Assembly (NCBI GenBank): GCA_043228905.1
Contig: JBHGNT010000011.1
Location: forward strand, 19,344,001-19,408,000
From: Azolla caroliniana
Taxonomy: Eukaryota; Plantae; Polypodiophyta
Direction of reading: 5' to 3'
Length of the DNA stretch: 64,000 nucleotides
Made by a program: the position numbers and the translations under genes. Each line of letters opens with the position of its first letter. Position 1 is the stretch's first letter. The notes under the pieces are model-generated. The model did not search any database. It saw only the letters and a list, made by a program, of their open reading frames with translations, and was not told the DNA's origin. This document shows positions 1-12,887 of the stretch, in pieces.

Positions 1-68
1 CAAAACCGAGCTCAAACCGGTTAGGGAAGCTTAAACCTGAACGGAACCGAACCGAACCATCGCCTACT
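1..68. mobile_element. Right end of an AACCG-rich MITE, related to 13834-14271 and cut by the window edge
   Basis: AACCG/AACGG repeats ending in aaccgaaccgaaccatcgcc, which resembles the right terminus aaccgaaccgaaccattgccg at 14244-14264. No TSD can be checked. Confidence 0.5.
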
Positions 69-140
69 CCTCTGAGTAGTGAATGTTAGTGAAGTCTGTC
101 TGTCTGTCTGGTGGATAAGAGCAGAGTAGGAGCTTCTTCC

Positions 141-2250
141 ATGGAGGTGAGGTACAGAGTAGGAGGTTCTTCCATGGAGGTGAGGTGCATGTGTAGCAGG
201 CACCATGCCCACACCCATGCTTCCTCCACCATCGCCCTCTCCTCTCTTCGCCATCCCCACAGCACCTCCCGTCTGCGGCCATGGACCTCCCCCATCTCCC
301 TGCGTGCCTCCATCGATGATGCAGACGATCGCACGCTGCTTTCCCCCGATGAGAAAGCGAGGCTGTCTCTGCGCGACCTCGACGATCGCCTCGCAGAGCT
401 CAGCCAGAGGCCCAACATCCCTGCGAATCCCCCTCCCCGCGTTACCTACGTGACAGGTTAGGGTTCGCACACTTCTTGTTCCATGGTTCCTTTCCTTCCT
501 TTTCCACAGCCCCAATTGTGTTTAGGGTTTAGGGTTTATATATGTGGTATGTGCATAGTAGTGTTGTTATTCACATATATATCGATATGAAACGGTACGC
601 TTTAGTGATTTTCAATTCCTCTCAATTATTCTGACTAAATAAATGTAGCTATCCATCGTTTCTTTTGATTAATCCATCAATACAACTCCATTCTAGATGA
701 TTAAACGTCCGATCTTCTACCTTCATCAAACACCAAATCTCTTGTTTTCATTTAATCCCAACGAGTGATATATATCCTTTGTCACTCCAATCATCATTTA
801 TTGCCAAAATATTTGATCGCTTCCTGCAACGAATCCCTCTTCATTTACTTATTAAATGTCTGATTGGTCATAGATCTACAGGCTCAGAATACTACTTACA
901 GCTCTTGTTAAGTGTACTTAAAGCACCCGGTCAATGAAAGACTTTGTAGCGATAAATCCATCTCAATTACTTTAATTTAATCTTTCAATTTCCTCATTTC
1001 CAATGAAATGACTTAAACTAAACATTCAAATTCTACTTTCCAATGATTCCCTCCATTTCTGTCTCTCTCATTTACTTCAAGTAACTGTTCAATTAATCAA
1101 ATGATTAGTCCCTCTGTATTCTTTATGACCAATGCCTGTCCATTATTCCCAATGACTGGCTATAATTGAATGCTCCATTTGTTGTTTTTCACAGTTAATC
1201 CCTCTCCGTTGCGTGGTTTAATCCACGCATTGGTTTATCGTGATCACCCTAACTAAATCGAAAAATTAAAACAACCATTCATCATTTTGCACAATCAATC
1301 AGTCTAATTAAGTGTGCACTTGATCATTTTGTTGTGAACAATTGTTCTCGAATACCCAAACTGAAACATCCAATTGGTCATTTCTTGATCGTTTGTTTCA
1401 TTACACGTAATTGTCCATCTTGTTACAACCCCAAAGGGCCGATTCTCAAAATAAAATCATTAGGGGGGTGAAAAGGAAGAGAGAAACAATTGTGTATATG
1501 TAGTGATGATCATATGGGCAATGGGTTATGCCCAATGGAAACAATTGTGTCAATTTTTTAAAATGTTATAGGAGAAGTTTTGAGCATAACCAAATTATGA
1601 ATCGAGGTCATCATTTGACAATATTGGCACATCCTAATGATAAACTTATGGAGTGATGGTCTTTATATTGCATGCTCTACCTCTATTTGGTTAACTACTT
1701 ACCAATCCACACAAAACCTTGGTTACAGATTATGATCAACCATGCTTATAATCAACACATTTCTGTTCACAAGAACTAGTGACTCTTATGTCAAAACATA
1801 GTAGCCAATTATCCATCCTCTCTAGCAATATTCGTAAGTGATATTGCATCCATATGCTTCAACATAATATCCTTGTCTTGTGTATGATGTAACCTCATAA
1901 GCTCAATTGTATTGTCACTAGAACAATAATTAATTAATTGTTAATTCTTTCCAAACTTCTAATGTTAAAACCATTGCAATAACTTGACATTTGTAGAGGA
2001 ACCGGATCAATTGAAGACATCTCTTGAGCGAAACACGGCACCACAACAGGTTTCGACCGGGTTTTTGTTCTTTATTGGCACAATACTTCTATTTGTTACT
2101 CTGGTTAACAATTTGTTATACCACTTTTTTCTAGAGGTGCCTGCTAGAGAGGCTAGATTAACAGAAGAAAGTCTAGAGAAAGAGCAACTTGGTATAAGGA
2201 CACCTGATATTGTTGATGTTGAAATGAAAGTAGCCCCTCAACCATATTGA
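141..2250 (+). CDS. Uncharacterised, probably plastid-targeted single-TM protein (~189 aa); exons 141-456 and 1997-2250
   Basis: The GT donor at 457 (ACAG|gttagg, phase 1) joins in frame to the acceptor tttgtag|1997. Features: S/R/H-rich transit-peptide-like N-terminus, helix RLSLRDLDDRLAELSQ, hydrophobic segment GFLFFIGTILLFVTLVNNLLYHFFL. From memory it resembles a conserved family of uncharacterised plant proteins. The start could be ATG 141, 174 or 189. Confidence 0.7.
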
Positions 2251-2671
2251 ACAATATTGTAAACCAATACTACGATAGTATGTGTTTTGTGGGCTTTTAG
2301 GCTGTTTGATGCCTCCTATCAATCTTGGAAATGTTAATGTATGCATTTTTATACGTGTGCCACTAACATTATCCTCATACAAATATGAAATAGACAAGTT
2401 TATTTATGGTGAACATCCATCTTCACTTTTGTGTAGATGCAAAAGATTACATTTATACATGTTTCGTATCTTCTACCGTGACTAATGGTTGGAAATGTGT
2501 AGGTTGTGATTATATAAATGACCTAAGAATTCTTGAATGTAATGTCCAATAGGAATTAGTTCAACTAAATCATTATTTGAGCATCTCATGATTCACAACA
2601 AGTATATGTAGTTGTGGCTATATTAACTTGTTAGTGTTAAACATACATCTTGACATTTGCTCACCAAATAT

Positions 2672-3215
2672 TGTTAACCCCTTCTTCGGGAGCAACACCT
2701 TCGATTGTCCTTTTGGAATTCGGATCAAGGGGTTGTGGTACGTGGTGGAAAAACAGAAGGTGCACGAGATTGGCTCTACAATTAGTGCCGTGTAACGAAA
2801 TGATCGACGTCATTTAGTCGCAAGACATGATCTTAATTCAAGAATGAACTTCTAAGCATGATCGTAAACACAGAACAGAATAGACCCAAAAACCATATAT
2901 ATTTATATTACGCGTGGATGAACAATGATACACAGCTCACGACCGGAGTTACAAAAGTATGATCAGATGCTTATAGTATCCTATTCTAGCTAGGGGGGGC
3001 TTCCTCTCTCCTCTTTTCGCTCTCATTTCTCCTTCACGTTTTATAACTTTTCCTTTACCCACTTGGCGTGCTTCAGTCTTCCATTTTTTTTGGTTGCACA
3101 TATTGCGGCAACGTTCATTTGGCTGTATGTTTTTTATTACAGTAGCCTTCACCTACTTTGCCTACCTCCCAATTCGTTTCACACTTAATGTACAAAAATT
3201 GGCCCACGAACAACA
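2672..3215. mobile_element. Solo LTR (544 bp)
   Basis: Termini TGTT...AACA with a perfect 5-bp TSD AATAT (2667-2671 / 3216-3220). No internal coding region. Confidence 0.75.
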
Positions 3216-4821
3216 AATATGGCCTCAGACGAAGATAATAAAATCTATCTATCAACCTCCCTACCTATCTTTAATGATGTTTTGAAAGCCAATGCATGCC
3301 CAATTGTAGATTCATAAAACATGATTAATTGCCTTGGATGTGAATCAAATAGTAGATAATCTTGAAAATGTTTCACATCTTTTTGAAAAATGTTTCATGG
3401 TCATTTTGACAACTTTTAAGGTGAAAAGCATCAAACAACTCGAGCGTACGATATACAGGAGTTCGAGTAAGACCATATGTCTCCGTAAGTGTGGCACATG
3501 CTTTGTATGTTACTTGGTCCCATGGGTCATGTTGCTTACACCTCAAGGACATTAAACTCTCTCTCTCTCTCTCTCTCTCTCATAATTTAGTACTCCTAAA
3601 GGTAAGCTATTAGATATCACGAGTTTGAATCCCATTTCTTTAAACATCTATCATTTGTATATTGCTAATTGTAAACCACATATATCATTGATCCTAAATC
3701 ACATGTCATATTAGTGTATCAAACAAGTGATCCTAATCATTCACGCACCATATCTAGTATGGTCATGATTTTCTCTTTCCCCTAACATAGTTTTAGGGAA
3801 GTCAGAAGAATGGAGTCTGGACTACAAGATATGCTTATGTGCAAACAAGGGAATGAGTGGATGTGTGAAACATGGATGAGATGATGGAATGGGTGAGAGC
3901 ATGAGAAGAAGAGTTTATGAACACCATCTCTAGCGATAGTATCTTTCAATGCCACTATAAGAATCAACAAAGAATGACGATTCAAAGCAAACAATCAAAA
4001 TATAATCAAATGGGCATAGCTGTCGAAAAAATGAAATATTGAACTAAACTAGTGTATAAGAGCTTCCAATAGTCAATGTGCATTTTAGCAGTTATGTAAT
4101 TTGATAATTTGAAATCACATCATTCACCAAGGTAGGAAAACTTTCCAATTGTTTCAAAAATGTAAATCTTCATTATGTATGTATATAGGTATGCATGGAT
4201 GTAATGAATGCATATACATGTGTGTATGTGTCCATGTTTCACTTTGTATAACTAACACATTCAACCATACAAGATCGGGATTCCAAGTGAAACATAATTT
4301 AAACTAAAACCTTGATAAAACACATATTCAAAATTCAATTCAAATGAGACCTTTATTAGGACATATTTAGCACAAATGAGAGATTATTCTAACACAATTG
4401 ACTAAATTGGAGCCTTAAAAATGGGCGCATTTAGATTAATTGAGTCATTGATAAGTTGATAGCAGATAACTTTCAATCACAATGGAAGGATGTGTAGAAG
4501 ATATCATTCCCCCCTCATATATCACATGGATTTTTACTTTTTCCCATTCATTATTGAAGGGCAAGATTACACACATTGGTTTTCCATGTTTATCTTTACA
4601 CAATACACAAAATCCTATCTCTAATTCAAATTTCAAACATAAGAACCTCATCACATTTACCATTAACCTTATTGAATGGCTAGCAGGTGATCATATATTA
4701 GCCTCTACTTTTATGTTTGCTTGTATGGTTTACATCATGCTTTGATGTTAAGGTTGTGGATTATGTTTGGGACACAAAAGCTAACATGGTGCTAGATTGG
4801 GTCCTTCACTCCCTCTAGTTT

Positions 4822-4943
4822 TATTTTTATTTTTATAAAAGATATCCTTTCATTAGTGTAAACTGTTTACAAGATGTCAAAGTCTATGTGATTGGCAAAG
4901 GAAAGAGTTACCATTCTTGAAGGTCAAATAGCCGTATAAGTAA
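4822..4943 (-). mobile_element. Very short 5'-truncated LINE 3' end with a 22-bp TSD
   Basis: Direct repeat ggtccttcactccctctagttt at 4800-4821 and 4944-4965. The minus-strand end ctaatgaaaggatatctttt plus an A-rich tail matches the 3' end of the LINE at ~20498-20518. Confidence 0.7.
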
Positions 4944-5564
4944 GGTCCTTCACTCCCTCTAGTTTGTTCAAATAGCTGTATAAGTAAGGTCTTGATATAT
5001 AAGCCTTTACAAGACCTTTTTGGCTTGAAAATTGCTCTAACATTTACAAGCTTTAACCTCTAAAGGGTTAGCTTAATGTTTTCATCCTCTTGCAAAACTC
5101 AAGCATCCTTCAAACTCCCAATGTCTTTGGAAGAAGACATGTGTTCCACCGATCACAAATCTCTTCATCTTCACTATATGATGGGAAAGTACAAGATTCT
5201 ATTCACTCGGAAATGTTGTCTTCATATAGTAGTCTTTAATTAATGTTCTTCTAGGTATAGTTTATACACACTTTTTGTGGGATTAGATAAACATGCTTCA
5301 AGTGTTTCTCCTTTTCAAAATTAGCCACAAATGTCAGGAACTTGAGCGTTTGTCTGTAAGGGGAAAAGAAAACCTCATAAACGTAAGCTAGCTAGATATA
5401 TATATTCCGTCGGGGGTGTCTAAGGAGCCAAGGCAAATTTGCAAGCCAATAAAACTCCGTAAGAATTAACATTGGAAAATCCTCCATTGTGCATAACAAC
5501 AAGCGTGGTGCTTGCATTGATGGAGTAGACGTGCGTTGTCTCCAGTTCCGAGAGTTATTTGGTG

Positions 5565-5810
5565 CATAGTACATAAAATTTGTGTTTGTCTAGCATAACA
5601 TTCGTTTTCCTATGTTGGAAAACGAATGTGAATGTTATTCAAACATTCTTGTGTTTTTTTTTCCCCAATTTTTTCCATTTTTTAGGCTTATTTACCTCAT
5701 AATAAATAGTTAATCCAAAAGTATGGTATTTATCATTCTTTGAGGGTGTTTTTCGTATGCGAAAGATTCAATCATTCACGAATGCGAATGCACGTATGGT
5801 TCATACTATG
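5565..5810. mobile_element. hAT-type MITE (246 bp)
   Basis: TIR CATAGTA...TACTATG and a perfect 8-bp TSD ATTTGGTG (5557-5564 / 5811-5818). Subterminal CGAAT/ATTCG motifs. Confidence 0.8.
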
Positions 5811-5883
5811 ATTTGGTGCAGCTCCGCCATTGGTATTGAAAAACCTGCGTGCCCGGCCATCCAAGCGAGTTATATTTTTGTAC

Positions 5884-6315
5884 ATATGTATGTATGTATG
5901 TACGTAGGTATGCATGTATGTATGTAATGAATGTGTGTATGCATGTAATGAATGTGTGTATGTAATGTATGTATGTGTGTGTGTGTGTGTGTAATGAATG
6001 AATGTATGTATGTATAATGTATCGACGTGTCTATTTTATACCAAATCATAAAATAGGGTTGGTGAGGGAATCGCGGCCACGAACGGTGGAGGTTGCTCAG
6101 AGTAAGGCGCATGCGATCTGCACCGTCCGATTTGGATTTTAAAAAAACGCGCGCTAAAAAAATGTTGTCAGAAGTTGCCCAACTCTGAGTCCTCGATCGC
6201 CCAACCCTGTTAGAGGTTGCCCAACTTTGAGTCCTCGATCGCCCAACCCTATCCGACCATAATGTATGTATGTATGTATGTAATGTATGTAAGTTGTAAT
6301 GTATGTATATGTATG

Positions 6316-6347
<32 letters not shown>

Positions 6348-6352
6348 TGTAT
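5884..6352. repeat. (TATG)n microsatellite tracts around a possible ~195-bp MITE-like insert (6056-6249)
   Basis: TATG/TG tracts at 5884-6018 and 6262-6352. Inverted repeat atagggttgg...ccaaccctat. Internal 35-bp duplication gttgcccaact(c/t)tgagtcctcgatcgcccaaccct. Confidence 0.5.
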
Positions 6353-6698
6353 GCCTGGCTGGCTGGCTGGCTCTGAATATAGTTGAATTACGAGCTTCCA
6401 TGGATCGCCATCGCCATCTTTTTTCTCCCATCTTCATCATCAATCAATCAATTCATCCGTCGATCTTCTTCTTCTTCTTCTTCTTCTTCATGAAGTTATC
6501 TTTTATCTGCTTAGTACCTGATGATTCGCGAGGGCTGTTTGCTTTACTTCATCGTCAAGCTTTAGCTATTCGTTGGATTGCTTTTGACTCAATCTAACAA
6601 CACCAACAAAATGAAGAAGACGAAGAAGAAAAGAATCCCCCCCCCCCCCAAATGTGTATGTCTTTCTCTCTGTCTGTGTATTTTCTTGCAAGAGAAAT

Positions 6699-6776
6699 AT
6701 GGTGAATCCTGAGATAACAAAGATCACTCGGGAACTGATGAGCCACATGCCTCCTTCTGAATTCACAACAATGCAG

Positions 6777-6816
<40 letters not shown>

Positions 6817-9800
6817 ATGGGCTTACTCTAGTCGTAACCTATGTCTATCAATACAAGATCATGGGTTCAAATCCCACTTTCAATCAAATTTGTTTAAGCA
6901 TATCTATCACGTCTCCAAACCAACATGCCACGTTTAGTGTATCCAACTAATGGTCTCAGGATCTCCAAGCAGTCCTCACGAAGGAAAGCACACTTTTTTT
7001 TGTGAGAGAATCCTTCCATTCTCTCATGCATTCCTCATCGATCATAGAATTTAGGGTTTCTGATTTGAAATTTGTAATCTTAGTGAGATATTTGTGACGA
7101 AACTTTTAACTGCTATACAACTATAGAAAGAGTATCTTCTAATATTGCTCATTTCAGAATGAAGCATGGATTTGAGATCAGCAAAATGTGGTTTGGCTAT
7201 GGAATCCTTTTGATAATCCAGCCTTGGGCCGCCTGTTAGTAATAATTTTCAATGCGTTGAAAATCTTAAAGCACAACCCCAGATGCATCTTACCACATGA
7301 TCATACTTAGACAGCGTGCCACATCTATTTTGATTCTTAATCGTATTTCACAAACAGTGAACGTCTAATTTTCATGTAGATATACCAATATTAAATTCTG
7401 TATGTTTTTCTTGAGATGGACATTAAAATACAGTATTATTAGATCATGATATCATGTATAATGATAACATTTATATAAGTACATTGATTCTGCAAATTAA
7501 ACTAATGACATCATGTGCAATGACTAAGTCTATTTAATCACATTCATTCTGCTTGTTCAGGAAGATACACAGAAAGCATATGGGTACCACGAATCCCTAA
7601 CACTGAAGAATCAAGTAGGCACTATTAAGATCAATGGTGTTTTCTTTAAGTTTATGTTTCTGTATGCTGTTTCCCTTTTGATTTATTCATTTCCTAAATC
7701 TGGCGTGTGTTTTTACATCCAGGGAAATCAACTTCATGGGATTGGAAAGTATAGTGAAGCAATAAAAAATTATTATCAAGTAAGTGGAGCCTGCCTATCA
7801 ATGCACAACCTTCACCTGGGGCATAACATCTTAGATTTAACCACTCAGATCACTCCCTCTGTAGTTGTAAATTTTCTATTCCAGTATACATTTGAAAACA
7901 TACAGGTATTTTACTATATGTGCAATTAACCTGAGGGTATTGTGGTGTTCTGCCCTTCAATCTATGTATGATGAATGGATGAGCTTAGGTTGTGAAGAAA
8001 ATACAAACTAGTAGTAAGAGCTTTGTACAAAATCCTGTGTGATGGCAGGCAAAGCAGAATTTGTTAACTCTACAGACACCGGAAGCTTTAGCTTTGCGAA
8101 AGGCCTGCTCACTGAATCTCATGTCTTGTTATTTGAAGACGGGAGAATTCCGAAAAACAATAGCAGAAGGCGTTGAGGTTTCTTTTTTTAATGGCATCCT
8201 TGGTAATAATTTTTGATAATTTTGTATTGTTCTGGATCACAAATCAGTGACTCAAATTTTTAGGGTTGATTAGGTTCTTGAGAGTGATTCAAACAACCTG
8301 AAGGCTTTGTACCGGCGGGGTCAAGCATACAAAGAGCTAGGGAAGTTGGGAGTAAGTGCTATAATTATTTTACACTTCAATCTATTATGACATCATGTGC
8401 AGCAAATTTTAAAGTTTCATCGAGATTCAATTGTTACTCGGTCTTTTTGAGTAGCTAGCTTTCACTGATTTGAGTAAAGCAGCAAAACTTGCCCCAGATG
8501 ATGAAACAGTCGTCAATGCATGGAGGTATTTATTCCTCCTGATCATTTTGCACATTCTTGATATTGATTTATCGAGTGTTTGGTACCTTTTAAGATGGTG
8601 AGAATTTCAGGCAACTTCAAGATCAGCTTGAGATTCAAGGGGAAGTTGTGTGTTCACCACCAAAGAAAAATGGTAAGGGCAGCATTAACTTCTTTTCTAT
8701 ATACTACAAGGATCCACACATTTACTCCCAACTCCGTTGGTGGCTATTGCAGAGCTTATTACTGAAGGTATTATCAATTCAGAGGTTCGACAATTGTCTG
8801 CTTCAACCCTTCCTAGCCAGGAAGTAGACCAAATTTTATCGCAGCCATCTGGGAGTGAGCAACAAACAACAAAGATACCTAATCAAACAGAGATTTCTCA
8901 AATCCTGAAGCAGTATCCAGAAATGTTGAGGTCAAAAGCTTTGCTATGCATGAAGCTTTTCTACCTTTGAATAATTGTGTTTTACATTTAGTATTGATCC
9001 GTTGATTCTCAATATAAATACAGGAACATGCAATCAGCAGTGATGATGAACCCAGCTCCAATAAGTCAAATGACCCCTGAAATTGTTAAGCTAGATTCAG
9101 ATAAGTCCAACACATTGTCTCCTGGTGATAATGATATGAAGAAAATGTTTGACATGATATCGTCTTTCCGAAACCAATCTATCGACTCTACCTCTGGTAA
9201 TGCTTCTTCATTATCAACATCCTTGACCCAAGACTTATCATCTTCAGAGATGGGCGATAATGAGGATTCAACCTCAGATTTAGTGACAGGTAGTGATATC
9301 CTGAAGATTAGTCCTGAAATGCAAGAGCAAATGAAGCTGGGCATGAAGAACCCATTGATGAAACAGGTAATCCAAAGAACTAGTAAAAAAGTAGAGAAGT
9401 TTATAATAGCTTGTTCTTTATATTTATTTCCATTCCGAGTACTAAGTTTCACGGTGAAATGAATAGATTATCATTTCTGTGGCACAATGGACGGTTATCC
9501 TAATTGTAGGGCTTTAGATTCTACATGTTTTTTTTTATCACTGATGCTAACTTTCCTTATGGAATGAATAGATGATGAGTTCAATGGTGCTAAACATGGC
9601 ACCTGAGAACATGGTAGCTGGGAGTGAGCAAATAGGGGTCAAGCCATCTCAAGAAGATGCTGAGAAAGTGAAATCGGCCGTGGATAACTTAACACCCGAG
9701 GATCTCGAGAGAATGGTAAATATCTTCTGTTTTCTTTGTTGTTCAAAACGGATATAGATACGGGGGCAGGGAACCAATTTCATGTAATAATCTATCTTGA

Positions 9801-9943
9801 TATAATATGGACAGATGAAGTGGGCTAACAAAGCTCAAGCAGTAGTGGAGGCCGCCAGGAAAGGGAAAAACTATCTGCTTGGGAATCCAGGCTTCATCTT
9901 AGGCACAGTAATGCTGATCATTGCTGTGCTGTTAAAATGGTAG
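6699..9943 (+). CDS. OEP61: Outer envelope protein 61 / TPR7 homologue (TPR-clamp, tail-anchored chaperone receptor), ~442 aa, 11 exons
   Basis: Exons 6699-6782, 7561-7614, 7723-7779, 8049-8177, 8274-8351, 8455-8525, 8611-8672, 8753-8930, 9024-9366, 9572-9715, 9815-9943. All introns are GT-AG and phase-consistent (1329 nt total). Motifs LKNQGNQLH, ACSLNLMSCYLKT, KALYRRGQAYKELG, DLSKAAKLAPDDET, MQEQMKLGMKNPLMKQM, LTPEDLERMMKWANKAQ and a C-terminal TM match Arabidopsis OEP61 as recalled. Confidence 0.92.
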
Positions 9944-12220
9944 CCAAAATGAGTCTTATGTTTCTTCCTAAACCCCAATTATGTCTCACTTTTTTCAGAC
10001 CTTTATAGAAAGGGATATAAATAAAATCATATGCTACTACCAGATTTTCCTTCTCCTTACACACATGCTTTCAAGTTTTCCAGATTTCATATATTCCTCC
10101 ATTCATTTGCAGAAGGTGAGTTGGCTGGCACAAATCTAACACTCTTGTGAAACACTAATCAAGATATACATGAATCCATGCATGTCCATGGCTCCATTCA
10201 ATTATATATCTTATGCCCCTTAATGTTTTGTATAAGATTTATTTAATCTTAAATCACATGGCAGAATTAAGCATTGAAATCTGAAGGGGTTAGGTACTAT
10301 GCATTAAGCTTTGTCACATCCAAAGCTCCTTGAGAAATCACGAGAAATAGGTATGTATGCTCCAAAACTATTTTGCACGTTTCTGCTCTTGAATTATGTA
10401 GTCACATGTGAATTTAGGTGTTTGAGGTGCCACACTATGAAATTGGAGCTATTGATCGATCTACGCCTAAGAAAAGTTACCTCACATCAAAATGGTTTTG
10501 ATTTTGTAACTACATATCAAATTTTGGGAGAATCAAATAGTCAAAAGGTGTGAGGATAGTGCATTCCATGAAATTATCCATATTTGCCGAGTTATATTAC
10601 ATCTACTTCATATCCAAGTGCAACAAAATTTAATGCAATTGCAAATACCCTTAGAATTTTAGTAGAGCACTCAAATCTTGTTGAAAAATTTGGATAACAT
10701 GTATTTTGTAAAGTGGTTCATTTGGAACAAGAAAATACTTTTTTTGAAGTGCAATGTATTGTCGAGGAGTTACTGAGGATGAATGCCATAATCAATTGGC
10801 TCACATGGGAAGATCTGATCCACACCACTAGGTTTGTCAATATTGCAATAATGATATTTGAGTAACAAGCAGAACAAGACCAATGTGTCCAAAAAATACT
10901 TAAATGTGTACATGAAGCATGTCAAGGTCAACATTACCCTCATAAATTGTTCTACTTACACGCCCTTCCCATTAGGGAAAGTAGTGTTTGATCAATTTAA
11001 ATCTACCACAATATGTGCGCATCATGGGAGTCCTTATGAGAATAGTATCTAGGATAAGTTGCACATTCCTAACAAGGGTTTGTGTATTATCCTCTCCTTG
11101 AAGGTTGTCTCAATGTCTCTTGTATTATCTAAATTAACCAAAACAAAAGACTAAGAAGATGTTGTTGGGATGCCCTTTCACTTTCGCTTTCCTTTTTTAA
11201 GTGCTTCACATTATATCACATTTGTTGCTTTCCTAAGGGGAATACAAAAGGCTCACCGAATAAAAAAGTACCGTCTTTGCTCCTTATTGAGTGTAGTAAT
11301 TACAAAGCAAGATTTACCACATACTCATATAGCACCACCACATAATCTCTTGAGAACCAAGACACTGGTGCATAGAACTACTACTTACATGACAAATTCC
11401 AAGTTCCAAGTTCCTTTGGAAACTGGTTTGGTAAATCTACAATATTGCATGTCAAAGAATATATGACACTCTTGTTTGATCATTCACATCCTCAGAAAAA
11501 TAATAGATCAAATTCCAAGAAATCTGAGGTGATCCAAATTGAGAGTATTAGCAAAATGTATGCATGCAACTCCTATTAAAAAACTGTGAAAGAAATTCAT
11601 TCTGCCTACAATTAAATTGATCTAAGAATAATAATCTTCTAGACATTGAATACCTGCACATTCCTCTTTCTCTAGAGTCACAAAACTACAACATTTGAAG
11701 AATCTTTCTACCCAAGAAGTTTCTATGATCTAGTAAATATTTCCTTGTAAGTGAGTTTGTGAACATTATACTTTCAATAATCATTTATTAGTGTGTACAG
11801 TGAAATTTGTACATTTAGACTTTACATAAGGCCAAATATAAGCTCACAGGCAGAAATTTTGATTGATGATAATATGTATAGCTTGGGTTCGGAGGCTGAA
11901 GCACTTGGGAAGTACTAAACATCCACACTTCTAGCTGCTTATTTTGTGACTGAGTTAATCTTCATTCTCTCTCAACTCCAACAGAGGCTACCGAGGGAAA
12001 AGAAATATCAAATACACAAATTCATTATTATTCATCCACGTTTTCTTTTAGTAACCATCTTCAATGCACACTTTTGGAAGAAAAATCAATCTTAACAACA
12101 ATTGGACAATAAGGTTAGTCCATCCACACATCAAACCTACTCCAAAAGCAGGCAAAAAACAGAATGAGTAGGCTACTAGAAATGAGAATGTCATTGAAAC
12201 CTCACATTACACTACATCAA

Positions 12221-12600
12221 GGGAGGTCTTACAATCTACACATATCTGAAGGATAATATTCTATCAAAGTAATTCTCGCACATGATTATACCAGTGGAAT
12301 CCACATCATATCATCACATAGCATAGTCTTACATCCTTCAAATGACTTTGCATGCAATCATTGAATATAATTCTAGGTTTCCTGTCTGACATTTTTATAA
12401 GATCTCAGGAATTTTATCCAGTGTTTTTGGATGCCATCCTTGGACAATTTTTTGTGCTAATCAAGTGCTTTTTGGGAGGTCTTACAATCTACACGTATCT
12501 GAAGGATAATATTCTATCAAAGCAATTCTTGCACATGATCATACTAGTGGAATCCACAACATATCCGCAAATAGCATATAGCCTTACATCTTACAAATGC
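12221..12600. repeat. ~125-bp direct repeat (two copies, ~12221-12345 and ~12474-12600) downstream of TIM23
   Basis: gggaggtcttacaatctacac(a/g)tatctgaaggataatattctatcaaag... occurs twice with scattered mismatches. Confidence 0.8.
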
Positions 12601-12887
12601 CTGATTCCTGTGGCTTCCAATGAGTTAAAATGATTCACATTTCGTCAAATCCATGTGATATTGACTAATACTGCAAAGCCAAGCAAGATTTCCCATATGA
12701 TGAAATACCTTTGAATCCATGACCATGTGACAAAATATAGCGGAAGCAAATAAAAGCAAAGATTCACCCAAAAGTGAATTGTTTGATTGAACGAATTCCC
12801 ACCCATGTGATTTCGACAAATATATTGGTAAATCAAAATTGCCCATAAAAGGTTCTTAGTTATATATAAAAGGCAGTAACTCGAGGT

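Noticed and set aside
521-537. TTTAGGG telomere-like repeats
   Set aside because: Only ~2.5 units in a first intron. Telo-box-like motifs are common near plant 5' ends.
600-1430. Possible solo LTR in intron 1 of gene 1 (TGTA...TACA)
   Set aside because: No TSD was found and the boundaries are unsupported.
2050-2136. Possible extra intron in gene 1 (CAG|gtttcg...ttctag)
   Set aside because: The phases do not match at the TAG acceptor, and read-through encodes the plausible TM helix.
10500-11500. Possible decayed MULE/SWIM transposase (minus-strand GLP*CAHI near 11020)
   Set aside because: A single short motif with no supporting domain or TIR.
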